64,000 bases of DNA from the human T2T-CHM13v2.0 reference genome, Homo sapiens. Both the position numbers and the translations under genes were made by a program. The notes beneath the pieces are model-generated. The model had not been told where the DNA came from. It was given only the letters and a program-made list of their open reading frames with translations, and did no database searches. Positions within the stretch are counted from its first letter, which is position 1. Each line of letters starts with the position of its first letter. This document shows positions 48,137 through 64,000 of this stretch, in pieces. The stretch is taken from NCBI RefSeq assembly GCF_009914755.1, contig NC_060926.1; one strand, 5' to 3'.

Positions 48137-48953
48137 TGTTGTGGTTCAGGAACCAATACTCCAAAATATGACATGTTGACATGGTGAACGGAAGAAGCCT
48201 CAAGTTTTCTGATCTTCTTCCCACTACCATCTTTCCCAAAACCTTTATCTGCCTAAGCTCTAGACTCACGAAAAGAAATAATTGTTTCTTCTTCCCCTTC
48301 CTATACAACCAAGATTGTAACCACACCTGAACAGACCCTTTAACTGTCAAAGAGAACTATTTACAAGTTAATCTGTCTTCCAGGATCCATTCATTCTCCC
48401 CAGTAATCCTCTCAACAGAATTTTCTTCTCCTTACTACCATAACCTGTTTTACTAGGATGGTATAAAAGCTTCTGACCCGGCCGCGCGTGGTGGCTCACG
48501 CCTGTAATCCCAGCACTTTGGGAGGCCGAGGCAGGCAGATCACAAGGTCAGGAGATCGAGACCATCCTGGCTAACACAGCAAAACCCCGTCTCTACTAAA
48601 AATAAAAAATAAATAAATAAATAAAAAATTAGCCTGGCGTGGTGACGGGCGCCCGTAGTCCCAGCTACTTAGGAGGCTGAGGTGGGAGAATGGCGTGAAC
48701 CCAGGAGGCGGAGCTTGCAGTGAGCCGAGATTGCACCACTGCACTCCAGCCTGGGCAACAGAGCGAGACTGTCTCAAAAAAAAAAAAAAAAAAAGCTTCT
48801 GAACCGCTTAAGGATGGGCACTCACTCTATGATTCTCCCCAAGCACGCGTTGTGCACATATCTTAAATTTATATGCTTTTTCCTCTTATTAATCTGCCTC
48901 ATGTCAGCGATTTTCACTGAATCTTCAGAGGGCCAAGGCTATTGACCCCTACA
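48137..48953 (+). mobile_element. MER39/MER34-group ERV1 LTR containing an AluY
   Basis: tg...'ccaaaatatg'...'cttcagagggccaagg...cccctaca' termini. Confidence 0.7.
48481..48790 (+). mobile_element. AluY with the middle linker expanded to (AAAT)n
   Basis: AluY diagnostics (gaatggcgtgaacc, ggagcttgcag); TSD aaaagcttctgacccg / aaaagcttctgaaccg. Confidence 0.92.
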
Positions 48954-49413
48954 CTACATAGCACCTTTCAAGTGATAGAGTACAAAACATAATCATCAGT
49001 AGTGTTGGCTGACAATTCCTCAAAAGACCACTAGGAAAAATGTTACCTGGCAAAGCTAAACTTATTAGACCTAACATAGTAAGGGACTATTGCACTGACC
49101 TAATATATACAGTTTTAGGGTCTGAGATCAAGTAGTTTAAGGCTGGTCTTTCAAGGCAGGAAACTGATTTGAATTGGGCGAAGTCCACTATGTAGTAGAT
49201 TTGGATTTGTGGACACAGGAAGAGCACATTGTGAACATATGTGCTCTTCCTGTGAAGATGAAGCACATCTTCATAAGTCAACTAATTTTTTATTATGTTT
49301 GCTGTTTGCCCAAGCAGGCAATCTTTTCCTAGGCAGGAATTTTTTGAAACAAATATTTAGTCATGTTGACACATGTGATCTCACCTCTCACTTACAGATG
49401 TTTAGCTGCATGA

Positions 49414-49774
<361 letters not shown>

Positions 49775-51499
49775 TCTAAGCTCGTTTTTAAGTCTTATAG
49801 AAAACTAGTATTACAGAATACCATGTTAGGCTGCTGGTGTCTGTGACGTGTTTGAGTTGTCAGAGCCAGTTGAGGTTGTTTTCCTAAAACTTTTAGCTAT
49901 TCTGTTAAAGCATAAATGGTTGAGACTTCTAAAGCTCCTGAGACTTGGTCTCCTTATCTTCAACATGGAAAAGCACTTCTATTGAAGTATTGTACAAAAT
50001 CAAATAGCCACTAAGTGACAAAACTGTGCTGCAAACTCAATCTGTTGGACTACTAAGCCTTCCACCACACCACCTTGCCCTACATATTCTCAACTTTTTG
50101 TTGAAATAACTGAAATCTTAAATAAAATAATATATATGAAAGCACTTTCTAGAACATAGCACATTGTGGGTAATAGGCATCAGTATGTATTAATGTCCTT
50201 AATTTGTGAGGATTATTGTTCTCCTACATAATTTCAATGACAAAGAAAAAAGGATCTAAATAATAGAAGATATCTAAGTCAAACCCATCACAAACATTCT
50301 GAGTTCTTCTCTCCTCCTTGCAATTTAAATAATACACATCTATTATTAGTAGAGAGGTAGGAGTGGCAGTAAGGTATAAGGACACAAAATGTTCTTTGGA
50401 ATCTAGGATTTAAAAGGCAAGAATTTAAGAACTTCTGCACATATGTTTAATGTTCAAATACTTTGATAAACTGTGAATACAGCTTTTGTGTTTCTATTAG
50501 TTGACTTTTGTTCCGTTATCACCCACAATTCCAGAAGAATTCTCTGTCACCAGCAAATGAGTTAAGTATTCTTTTGCAGTTAACTTACAAGTCAAACTCA
50601 AAGCTCTATGTTAAAGTAACAGTGAAAGCATTTGTCCTTGAACCTCTTATATTGGGTGACAGCAAGAAAGCATGGAAAGAGGATATAAAGTGAAACTGAA
50701 AACAAGCAAGATTGCTAATAGTGAATGGATAGATCCTGGCATTATCATTTATTTCAATGGCAACAGCCCAATGTTCTTACAATTTCATGTCTTACATAGA
50801 AAAAGCTTGGAAAAGTTGCTGTAAATAAGGCTAGATTGTTCATTAAATGTGCATTTATTTAAACAAATGTTCCCAAGCTCAGCTACTAAATTTACATATT
50901 TTTGCAGGAATACTTCACTATTTCACCAACTCACTACCAGGATTCGGAAAGTTGGCGCATTTTCTTTACCTGGAGAATATTAAAGCATCATCCTTAATAA
51001 GCTTGTTCTGGCCTTCAGGTACCTCCCATTCTTGTAAATATTGACTGCTCCTTTAACATGGCAGTAACATTTACGGAAGTGTCAAATTTAGACTGATGCT
51101 TGATGGGGGAATAAATAAAACTTTAGACTAAGTCAGTTAAGACTGCTGTCAGCTGCATTTAATAGGAACTTTACTGTGGTATTATTCATTTGTAACAAAA
51201 GGTTCATTGGTGAGCAATTCAGGACCAGTAAGGCTAAGGAGTCACTGAGGACCCAGTTCCTTATAACTTACTGTTATATCATCCTTACGATGAGGCTTCT
51301 ATTCTTATGATTGTAAGATGGCTATTCCATTTTAAGATATCATATCACATCCCAAGCAGGAAGCAGGGGAAGGATGATGGGCAAAAAGCAAAAGGTACAC
51401 ACTAGCTGAGTATGGACCATTTCCAAATATTCCCTGACATTTCACCCAGCAGTTTTTCCTTATAGTCATAGCATCCAAACTCTGTGTCAAGTTACCTAA

Positions 51500-52844
51500 T
51501 GGTACCCTAGCGAATTCACGGGGAAGGAGGGGTGGTGACAGGATATTTTAAATTTTTGAGGAAAACATGGTAATATTCAACATTTAATAAGACACTGCGT
51601 GAACTACTAGCTTGAGAAAATTCAGTTTTAACATTTGTTTTTACCAGGTTGAAATGAAGTATCTTAGGAAAACTGCATTTTTAGTGAATACTATTGTATA
51701 AAAAATGCAAGTACCATGTGAAAATCAATATAGAACAGGTTATGAGGATAGTGGCGTCCAATTTGATTCCAAGACTTGAAAAGTTGCACACCAAAGGACC
51801 ATCTTTTCCAAAGATGACATACGTGTGGCCAAGAAACATATGAAAAAAGCTCTACATTACTGATCATGAAGAAATGCAAATCACACTAGTCAGAACAGCT
51901 ATTATTAAAAAGTCAAAAGATAACATGCTGGTGAGGTTGTTGAGAAAAAGAATGCCTTATACACTCTTGGTGGGAGTGTAAATTAGGTCAACTATTGTGG
52001 AAGACAGTGTGGTGATTCCCCGAAGACATAAAGACAGAAATATCATTTGATCCAGCAATCCCATTACTGGGCCTAAACCCAAAGGAATATTAGACATTAC
52101 ATTATAAAGACACATGCACGTGTATGTTCATTGCAGCACTATTTACAATAGCAAAGACATAGAATCAACCTAAATGCCCATCAATGATAGAATGGATAAA
52201 GAAAATGTGGTACATATAATACACCATGGACTACCACACAGCCATAAAAAAGAATAAAACCATGTCCTTTGCAGGGACATAGATAGAGCTGGAGGCCATT
52301 ATCCTTAGCAAACACAAGAACAGAAAACCAAACACCGCATGTTCTCATTTATAAGTGGGAGCTAATTGATGAGAACACACAAACACATAGAGAGAAACAA
52401 CTTACACTGGGGCCTACTTGAAGGTAGAGAGAGGGAGGAGGCAGTGGATCGGAAAAATAGTAATGAGTACTAGGCTTAATACCTGCGTGATGAAATAATA
52501 AATACAACAAACCTCCATGACACAAGTTTACCTAGGTAACACACCTGCACATGTACCCCTGAACTTAAATTTTTTTAAAAAAAGAAAAGTTATGTCACAT
52601 TCACGTCACTAACTTCTAATAGGTAATTTTGGTTGGTAAAGACTGAAATTAAAATAGGTTTTTGTCAATTTATATATATTAGTTCTTCAAATGGCTGCTG
52701 CTAGCTTGTTAGAATAGAGATAAGTATTAAGTGATTTGAATTAAACCACTTAATACAACTGTTAGGATTTCTTTTGGTTTAAGGGTGCCATAAAAAATTA
52801 CTGAGGCACTAAAAGCAGTGACAAAGAAAGTTTGGTAAATGCTG
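51500..52844. mobile_element. MER119-like hAT-Charlie DNA transposon split by an L1
   Basis: 'gacactgcgtgaactactagcttgag', 'ccaatttgattccaag' and terminal 'aaaaaattactgaggcactaa...gaaagtttggtaaatgctg'. Confidence 0.7.
51795..52583 (+). mobile_element. L1PA13-15-type 3' fragment
   Basis: ORF2 end plus 3'UTR 'tactaggcttaatacctg...catgacacaagtttacc...cccctgaacttaaa'; gaaaagtt on both flanks. Confidence 0.88.
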
Positions 52845-54163
52845 CCTTATACCTTTAGCCATCTCTAGCTGCAGGAAAAGTGGGAAGGTTAGAACTTTTG
52901 TTAGACACAAAACCAGAGTTCTGCTAATAAGGAAAAAGGAGATAATTAATATTAAGCAGGCAGCAAGCAATGCCTGCCACACAGATCAAAATTTTAATGC
53001 TACAGTTAATTTTTTTATTTTTATAACATTTTATTTCCAAGTCCAAGCAAATGACAATTCAATAATTTGAAAAAATATGATAAATTAGCAGTCAATGCTC
53101 ATGCTTGCTATTTACATATTTGAATACATTTTTTTCTGTATTTTCAAAAGTCAACATCACTTAATTAGTTTGTTATTATATATTAGTTAATATGTTATGA
53201 TTCTTAAGTTATGTGAAGTATGTTAATTTTCACTATCACTTACAAAGGATCAAATAATTGAGGGTTAAATCAAGTGCATTTATGGAGTTTCATTAACATT
53301 TGCCAAAATTGCATCCCAATAATTAAGAGAGTCAGTTCAGCTTTCCAAACTCAACAAAGGAAGTAATTTAGAAATCAGAAATTTAAGATTCTATATCTAG
53401 TATTGAAAAAAGTTTAAGTGGTTAGTGAAAGAGCTTAAAATTGGCATTCATATATGTTAAATTCATTCTCTGTCAATAACCTGGGGCTATATTGAGTTAA
53501 GGGAGGCAATAACTACCAAGGAATAGAGTTCTTGAGGACTCTATGTTACCATACCATATATATTGTATAATGACAATTGTAATGCAAGTACATAAAAGAA
53601 ATAACCAAGTAGTACTTAAGGAACTAAAACACCCATCCTAAATTTTACTTCGGCAAATTGATATTCATTTAGATTACAGAACATTAGTATAATGCGTTTC
53701 TTTGTAATCACACCCAGAATTACTTAGACTGTAAAATATACAATGACTACATCAGGCTGAAGACTACAGCCAAAACATAAAATACATAGAGTAACTAGCA
53801 TATTTAAGAAAAAAAAATACCCTTGATAAATTTGACAGAAACTTTATTCCAAGCCAAAATTTGTTACCTAAGTCTATAAAAACTGATTGATGTATGGTAC
53901 ACTTTATGATGTGAATTGAATCTCCTCTCCTCCAAATATAAAAGAAAATTTAAAAAAGGTAAAAAGATAAACTCAGACTGGAAAACCCATTATATCTGGA
54001 AGGCTCTGATTATCCATATTGTTTGATTAATATAATGTGGAGTTATTAATACTAATAATCCACACCTTTAAATATCCAGCTTTCAGATTAAACCAACGTC
54101 ACTGTGGTGAAAGACCTGAAATAAGTATTATGTGCCTCTCTGACATCTAAGCCTGGGAAGGAC

Positions 54164-54300
54164 TAGCTACTCAGGAGGCTGAGGCAGGAGAATCATTTAA
54201 GCTCAGGAGTTTGAGGTTACAGTTATGATCATGCCACTGCACTCCAGCCTGGGTGACAGAGCAAGACTCTGTCTCTAAAAAAAATAAAAATAAAAATAAT
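54164..54300 (+). mobile_element. AluJ/FRAM right-monomer fragment
   Basis: 'caggagtttgaggttacag...gcctgggtgacagagcaagac' with A-rich tail. Confidence 0.85.
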
Positions 54301-54719
54301 GAAATAATTAAAAAATAATGTCTTTATATGTTACTTGGTACAATGCAATTTTTGGACGCAAATTTAAAAGTCAGTCACTAAAATTGCATGGCAGGACTTA
54401 CAGGTGAGATCCAGCTAGTGCAGAAACTGCATTTATTAAAATTTTTCATTATAAACATTTTGAAAACTATGCTGGGGGATGTACGGACACCTGGCTTAGC
54501 TCTTCCTAGTAATACTAGGAATCAAAAATTATTATCTCAACTTCAGTATGTACTAATAAAATAAAGTATAAAAACTACTAATCAAAACAAATTTAAAAAT
54601 TAATATTAAAAACTGAACTTGAAAACAAATTCCATTTCAATTTGATATAAATTATACTAAAGCTTAATTATATATAAAACAAATTTCCTAAGTCTATTTA
54701 GCAAAATAACAAAAATAAC

Positions 54720-55120
54720 TTAGCCACTTCCTCCAGAAAATACTTCTTCCAGTAAGATAAAATTGTAAGCCATCTAAAACAGCTTATTTATCAAGATTAA
54801 CAGCTAGTTCATCAAGACTATTCTGATAACAGTTTGCTCATTAAGATATGCATCTAATCCCTCACCCTATTGTGCCTGCCAATTTAAAGCTATTAGATTG
54901 GTATATTATAAACTTTCCCAGTCTGACTCAGTTCCCCAAGTTGTAAAGCCTACCTTTTCAAATCACCCGATTCAGGCCCAAAGATTCTATGTTTTCTTTC
55001 CTAAATGACTCCCTTTTTATATGCTGCTAAGACCCTGTCAATGTAGTGTTGTCTGTGTTGCAATAAGTACAATAAACTTTTTCAACAGTTTTTTTTCTGG
55101 AGATCTTTATGGGGGCTTTT
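54720..55120 (+). mobile_element. Ancient LTR-like remnant (family uncertain)
   Basis: 'ctaagaccctgtcaatgtagtgtt...caataaac' poly-A signal region; a similar reverse motif lies at ~49060-49100. Confidence 0.35.
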
Positions 55121-55309
55121 TGCATAATTTTACAAGAAAGGAAATTGAGACCCAAAGAGGTTACACATAATAAAAAGCAGAGTAAGATAACCTGTAAAGT
55201 TAAGCTCTTAAATAATTCTACTGTCCCTCTGAAATTAATGGGAACAACATTAAAGCATCTAAAGGCATGATTCCATGCATAAACTCCAGTAACTATGTAC
55301 TTTGTTATT

Positions 55310-55432
55310 GGGGTGATCATATAATTAACCATCTCAGCTGGGACATTTTAAGAGTGAAGAGAATTGGTAATTCTATTGAGACATAGCATGTACCAGATCT
55401 GAAGCTAGCAAACTAAAATATATGGTCATCAT
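55310..55432. mobile_element. MER94/MER81-like hAT-Blackjack MITE
   Basis: Imperfect TIRs gggtgatcata...tatggtcatc, internal 'gggacattttaagagtgaa'. Confidence 0.65.
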
Positions 55433-56417
55433 CTCTCTCTCACACATTTTTAAGCCCAAAGAGAATGATTTCTAAAAATCTCTAGCCATGAGACAAATAA
55501 GGCAGAAGTGCAGAAAAGAAATAAAAAATATTTATAAAGCATGGAAAATATTTTGATACATCACAAATAGTTACTTTTCAATTTGTCCAAGGGCCAAAAT
55601 ATTTTTTGTAAAAATACATGCACACCCTTTGTTACAATTTGCGAGTTGAACTAAGTATTATATATAAAATAACATCCAAAATATTTAAATTACTTTTAAT
55701 GAGTCATTCATTGTTCACTTGGTAATGAACATGACTAAAAGGTGATTTCTTTTGGAATTGCCTCATTCTCCTAGGCAAAACATTAGAGATTTTTTCATAG
55801 TTCTTCGTTTCTACTAAGTTAAACTTATTTAGAGCCAGGCAAAAAGTGCTGAGAGAACAAAATGTTTCCCCAGTCAGTTGAAAATGTAAGCGCTTGAGTG
55901 GTTATTGCGTGAAATAAAACAACAAAAAAAGGAGTATATTGTGATTGGGGAGATGTTAAGGAGTCAAATAAATAATACTTGTTTCTTCCCCTCCTAGGTC
56001 TGAAAGCAACTGAGAGATAGACTCAAGTTGCACTCAAAATATCTAGTGAAAAAGATAGGAAAATATGGTTTTGACTTGCACTTTCAGTTAGACCCCCTAA
56101 TATTTCACCCTGAATAAGACAGACATATCTTGAGGCAAAGGCAGTACTGGGATGTTTTGGGTTTCACCCCCAAAGTCAGGCAGCAAGATCCAAATTCAAG
56201 CACCCTGCAGTGGTCAAGCTGAAGAACACAAGAAGCAGAGTGAGAAAAGGAATCAATTGCCCAGTTCTTCTTTTGAAACATAACAAGTAAGTCTCTCTTC
56301 CTCGGAGGAATGAATGAAATGGGGAGAAAGAAATGAAGATTAAGCTCCATGAAGTTCCTCCATGTGGAAGCAAAGGCCAGGGATACAGAGGTTTCCCTCT
56401 AACAAAATGATGTGTGC

Positions 56418-56731
56418 AGCCAGGTGCAGTGGCTCATGTCTGTAATCTCGGCACTTTGTGAGGCCAAGGTGGGAGGATCACTTGAGCCCAGGAGTTTGAG
56501 ACCACTCTGGACAACATGGCGAAACCCTGTCTCTACAAAAAAATACAATAAAATTAGCCAGGAGTGGTGGTGCACACCTGTGGTCCCAGCTACTCGGGAG
56601 GCTGAGGTGGGAAGGCTGCTGGAGCCCAGGAAGTTGAGACTCCAGTGAGCCATGATCTGCCACTGAACTCCAGCCTGGATGACAGAGCAAGATCCTGTAA
56701 AAAAAAAAAAAAAAAAATAGATAAAAGAAAA
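56418..56731 (+). mobile_element. AluJ SINE
   Basis: 'ggaggatcacttgagcccaggagtttgag'; TSD core gatgtgtgc on both sides. Confidence 0.92.
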
Positions 56732-59050
56732 GATGTGTGCTTCAATGTTCTTTATAATTTATATTTTACTATTAAGGAAATTCCTAGGAAACACCAACTT
56801 ACACTAAAATTTGATATTTAAGTAGTTTTAATTTTTATTTCCAGACAAAATTTGGAAAATAATTTTACAAAGGAAATAAATGTTAGTCTACGTGTGTATA
56901 TATTTTTGTTCTTCTAAGAAACCATTGGCAGAAAGTAAATTCAAGAACTTTCATTGAAACTCCTATAGACTATGAACATAAGAAAATAGCCATATGATTA
57001 TGAAAAATAATTAAATGTGAAAACAGTATAGATTATATTTCCACAACCATCTGAATGTGGTAGAGAATAGAACTGATAGAATCAAATAAAAATTCCAGAA
57101 GATGTAGAATATTTGGCCAGGCCTTAAAATTATAGAGTTTTCAGTAAAGAGTAAAATAAGCTACTTTTGAGAGGAATGTGACCGTATTTACATAGACAGT
57201 AATGCTCATGCCTGTAGTACTACCACAGTGGACAAAATTCTGAATAACCTCTTTTGTATTGTTTAACAAATGGTGGTCTAATTTCCATTTCTGGTCCTAC
57301 AAAGTCTCTCTTCATGTGACAGTTAAACATCAAGAAACTGTAATAGTCCCTGAAACATTGAAGGACACTTTCTGTAAGTGCCAGAATTACTAATGTTTTA
57401 TGGCCATCATAACACCTTAAGTAGACTCTAGTTTGATTAAATTGGTTCTGTGACTTACCACAGCAATTAACTTAAAGCTAAGTATGATTTTAAGAATAAC
57501 CTTCTGACTGAATATTGATAACAGGTTTTGAAAATTCAAATTTTTATCAATATTTGGTAAGTAAAATATATTTAAAATCATCCATGCTTGTAATTGTAAT
57601 TAAATTGGGATAAACTATCCAAATTTCTCAAAATATGGCATTTTGTATAATCTTCATCCCAGGCTTCATCTAAGCATCAAAATAACTAAATTTTGTTGAG
57701 CACTAAAGGAAAAATATATTTTGTTAGAGTCTGTTTTTTAGATCCACACTTTTTTACTCCATTAAAGTAATTTCTTCTCAATTGTTGCAATTATTTTGAC
57801 AAAAATTTGTATTGTATTATAATCACCCAAAGTCATTTCAATATATCAGCTGCTAACAAAAGTTAACGATAATTTAGTATGCACAACTGAACAGTAACAA
57901 GTACTGTGTGGTCACTTATTAAAATTACTTCAACATAGTCCTGCTTATGTAACTATGACATAATATTAGAATTATCCCTATAGCAGAAAGTAAGATAAAT
58001 ATCAAATTTCACATTGAAGTTAAAAACTTGTTTTCTACTTCTTAATTTCATTTTTATATCAGGATTGTTCCCTCATTCAGAGAATGATGTTATTTTGTTG
58101 CTATAGTAATTAGGAGAGGGTATTAGATTAATAGAGTTCCATTTTCAGTAATACTCCAAAAATGTCTCCACATTTTGTACTCTAATATCTCCTTCAGTTC
58201 CAAGAAGACACTGTTCAAACTGTATCCTTGATATAGAGGAAAAAACATTAGCTTTATCAATTTATAATCCATGATGGTTCCAGGAGATTCCATTTCAGAG
58301 CGAATTTTATCTCAAATTTGATCCCAGCAATATTGGAGCTATATACTATTGAACACACATATAAAATTAAATTACCAGTTTAATTTAATTGATTAGAAAC
58401 ATATATTCTTCTCCTATTGCAAAACATAATAAAAACAATTATTTTCTCTTCAGCAGTATCAAATTGGAATTAATATAAAATTCTTCAACCCAAAGCAATC
58501 ATAATAGATTATAATTAATAGATCTGAATACAGTATGATGTATACTCTAAAGAGAATTTCTACTAATAGAAATTGGTTTGCATTTAATCAATCAAAAGTT
58601 ATAAGTTATCTGACTTAACCAGAATTACCTAATACCATTCCTTCCTGAGCCCTGCCTCTTAACATCTGTCTCTTTCTAGAAATCACCTTTGGCTGTTCCT
58701 ACTTTTCAAACCTTATCAAGTTTTCAAGACCCAGTTCAAGACCCATATCACCCATGAAGTTATCCCTGGTCTCCTCAGTCTAAGTAAGCTTTCTTTCTCC
58801 CCTGAAAGCATACAGATCCAATTATATAATTCACCTAGCTTTATCTTCTTTTTTCTTGAATTATTAGTTATATTTTCATAGATCTCTAGACACATAAATA
58901 TATAGAGATATGGTTTGCTTCCCCAATTAGACCAAACACTCTGTAAGGAATCAGACTTCTTATCCAAGATTATCTACTCTATGGACAGAATGAAGCAATA
59001 AGAGGAATTATATACTCTATAAACTTTCAAGATAGAAATAAACACAGTTT

Positions 59051-60797
<1,747 letters not shown>

Positions 60798-61784
60798 AGA
60801 AATAAACACAGTTTATAAGATGAGGACTTGTCCTATCATGTATCCATCACTAAGTTATTTTACTTGATACAAAGGTGACCAATAAATATTTGTTTAACAA
60901 TCTACTTATTCAAAATGGCACTCATCTTTTAATGTATAAATTTCCTAAGAAATAAGGTATTCTGACTTGGTTTTTTCCTGCCATACATGTATGTTATACA
61001 TCACTACAGCAAGTGGCTCAAGTGGACTGCCTAATAGTCTTATCATCTGAAAATCTCTGATTGTCACTAAAAAAACTACTGCATTGGAGTAATAAGTAAT
61101 TCATCACCTCTAATCTCAATTAAGTAATCTAAATAGACTCTCAAGTTGTTGTTGGAATCAATAAGCCATAAAAATAATAACATGGATATTTACCTTAAGT
61201 TGTTTCTATTTTGTTTTACAGTAAAAATTCTTTGTAGAAATACATGTTAGAATTCATTGTTTAAAGTTCATCTTTAAACTGATCAAGTATCTACTTGTTA
61301 CATTAGGTCCCAAGTAATATACTGTAAGCATATATAGGTCAATACACTTTGTAAATTTCTGCAGCCAAAATATTCACTCTAATCCAAGCCTTTCAAATGG
61401 ATTCTATTGCTCACAAATCTAGAAAAGACAAGAAATCAAATTTCTTTTCTTCTTAAATGACATCACAACTCAAAGACCTCTACGTTCTAATAATTCTTCA
61501 CTAACAATTTTCTTCTTTTTCTAAGAATAAGAAATTATATACCAAAGAAAGATTCAAAGTTCCCTGCTTCTTCTAAATATTCAAGACAAATAAAAATATG
61601 CAAGATGAATGGAAAAAATAAAATCAATACCAAGATTTAATAGTATCAATTCATTCAGTCCGTATTGGTAGGTAAGGAAGGACTGTGAAAACCTCTTTCC
61701 ACTTGCTCTTAACTCTCAGCAGAAAATGGAAACAAATTTTACAATAGAGACGTAACCACAACCAAATGTATTTTATATATTTCA

Positions 61785-62040
61785 GAGAAGCAATATGGAA
61801 TAGTTGGGTTAAATGTGTCTCTGATGTCAGACTTTCCGGGTTTGAATGCCAGCTCTGCCTCTCTTTAGCACAGTAATGCTGGATAATTTACTAACCCTAT
61901 CTGTGTTTCAATTTCCTCATATGTAAGATAGGAATAATAACAGAACCTGCCTCATAGATATGTTAGGAGGAGGTACTCCATGTAAATCACTTGGCATAGT
62001 ACCTGGTACATATTAAGCAACACTTGATAAGCATTAGCTA
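61785..62040 (+). mobile_element. Near-full-length MIR
   Basis: 'gggtttgaatgccagctctgcc...tttcctcatatgtaagataggaataataacagaacctgcctcatag...tagtacctggtacata'. Confidence 0.85.
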
Positions 62041-62266
62041 AATGTAAATTGCAATTGCCTTTTAAGTTTTAATATCCCTATTTAAAAAAAAATAGTTGAT
62101 TGCTTTTACTAACTAAGCCAGAAAAGGGAGTACTTTTTAAAAATTTAAAAACCTATCATTTTCTCTCAATGAATCAATACATGGACAAAAGGTAGATGTC
62201 AAAATGAACCTAAATGAGGAGAAGGGCAAAATAACAAAACAGTTCATGAAAAAAAAATAAGTACTA

Positions 62267-62917
<651 letters not shown>

Positions 62918-64000
62918 CTAATTGCCTTGCCTTTGACATCCTACCGGTCAAACCAGTCAGTGACCTGAATTAAGCCCAGCTGTTTGGCCCACATTACCAT
63001 GCTAATGGCACCTGGGATCTAATTTACATCTGCGTGTCTTCACTGTTTGCTTCTTAAGTAAATACATCTGGGAAAGTTCTATACCTACAAACAAGCTTCC
63101 CACCAATCTTGTTTCCTTGCCTATAAAGGATTTTGCAAAGATTGCAGTAAACTTCTCTTACAAAATGTCTCATAACAAGTACAGAGGTGTCAACAGCACT
63201 CTCATTATAAAAAGAACTCTGATTTAACAGATGAAAGTGTTAAGAAGGCATTCTATTAGTGACATCCATTAATCTTAGGTTAAAGTGTATATTTTGGCAG
63301 TTTATTTTCTCTGCTTTAAGTGAACAATTAGTTTAATCAAAGTCATTTGTGAAACAGTTTGATTTTTCTTAATTAATGTCTGCTAAATTTACTTATAATA
63401 GACACACTCTGTTGCTAGAACCAAAACAGATATATTGCATGGTTATTAATTTCCAGTTAGCACTGTACAAAATTATTGAGTTGGAATATTTTCTGCCAAT
63501 GTAGTTTTATTATTTTTTTTTCAAATGAATAATGTGGGAATGTAACTGGCACACCCATCCAATGAATGTAGTAGTTTTTCAGTGCCTGTCAACTTGAAGA
63601 CAGTGCTTCCTTCATGAGACTCCAGAGAAAATTTAGCAAGATTAGGAGACACACAATGTAACTACAGTATACTTTTTTCTTTTACACATTCTGTACACAA
63701 TAGTGACATCTTCTGGTTGACTGGAATATAGATGTTTGGGCCAACGCTTTGAAACCATGTCTTAACTCCTTTTCTAATCAAAACATGCTTTGCTTGCCTA
63801 AAGATACTATGGGAAATATCCCTGAATCAGTAGTAAATCATCTTTTAATAGATACCATCAAAATTCCAATTTAAGTTTTTTAGAATAAAACATAATAAAA
63901 GAACATACTTATTTTTTTCAAAACAAATTTATGACTGGTTAATTGATGAAATTAACTGACCTTAAAAATTCACTTGACACAATAAACAAGTCTGGTTTTT

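Larger units (their letters stand above)
51130..52982. mobile_element. Ancient MLT1-type LTR split by nested insertions
   Basis: 'gtaagatggcta...cccaagcaggaag' at ~51310-51365 and 'ctagctgcagga...tgcctgccaca' at ~52865-52982; boundaries approximate. Confidence 0.5.

Overview
AT-rich primate (very probably human, given an AluYa5) non-coding DNA. I find no supportable host exon, RNA gene or intact coding sequence; nearly every ORF in the track is L1, Alu or MaLR derived or is noise. Roughly half the window is recognisable interspersed repeat. The centre is an 18-kb nest: an L1PA16/L1PB-like element split by a near-full-length L1MA, which carries three Alus and an MSTA MaLR provirus, which in turn carries a full-length but defective L1PA4-like element with a 15-bp TSD. 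The best observation is an ~230-bp tract shared almost identically by that L1 and a twin-primed L1 17.4 kb away, including seven non-consensus bases and an ORF2 nonsense codon, which points to non-allelic gene conversion. Subfamily names come from remembered consensus features and need RepeatMasker/Dfam confirmation. I see no evidence for a novel multi-gene system.
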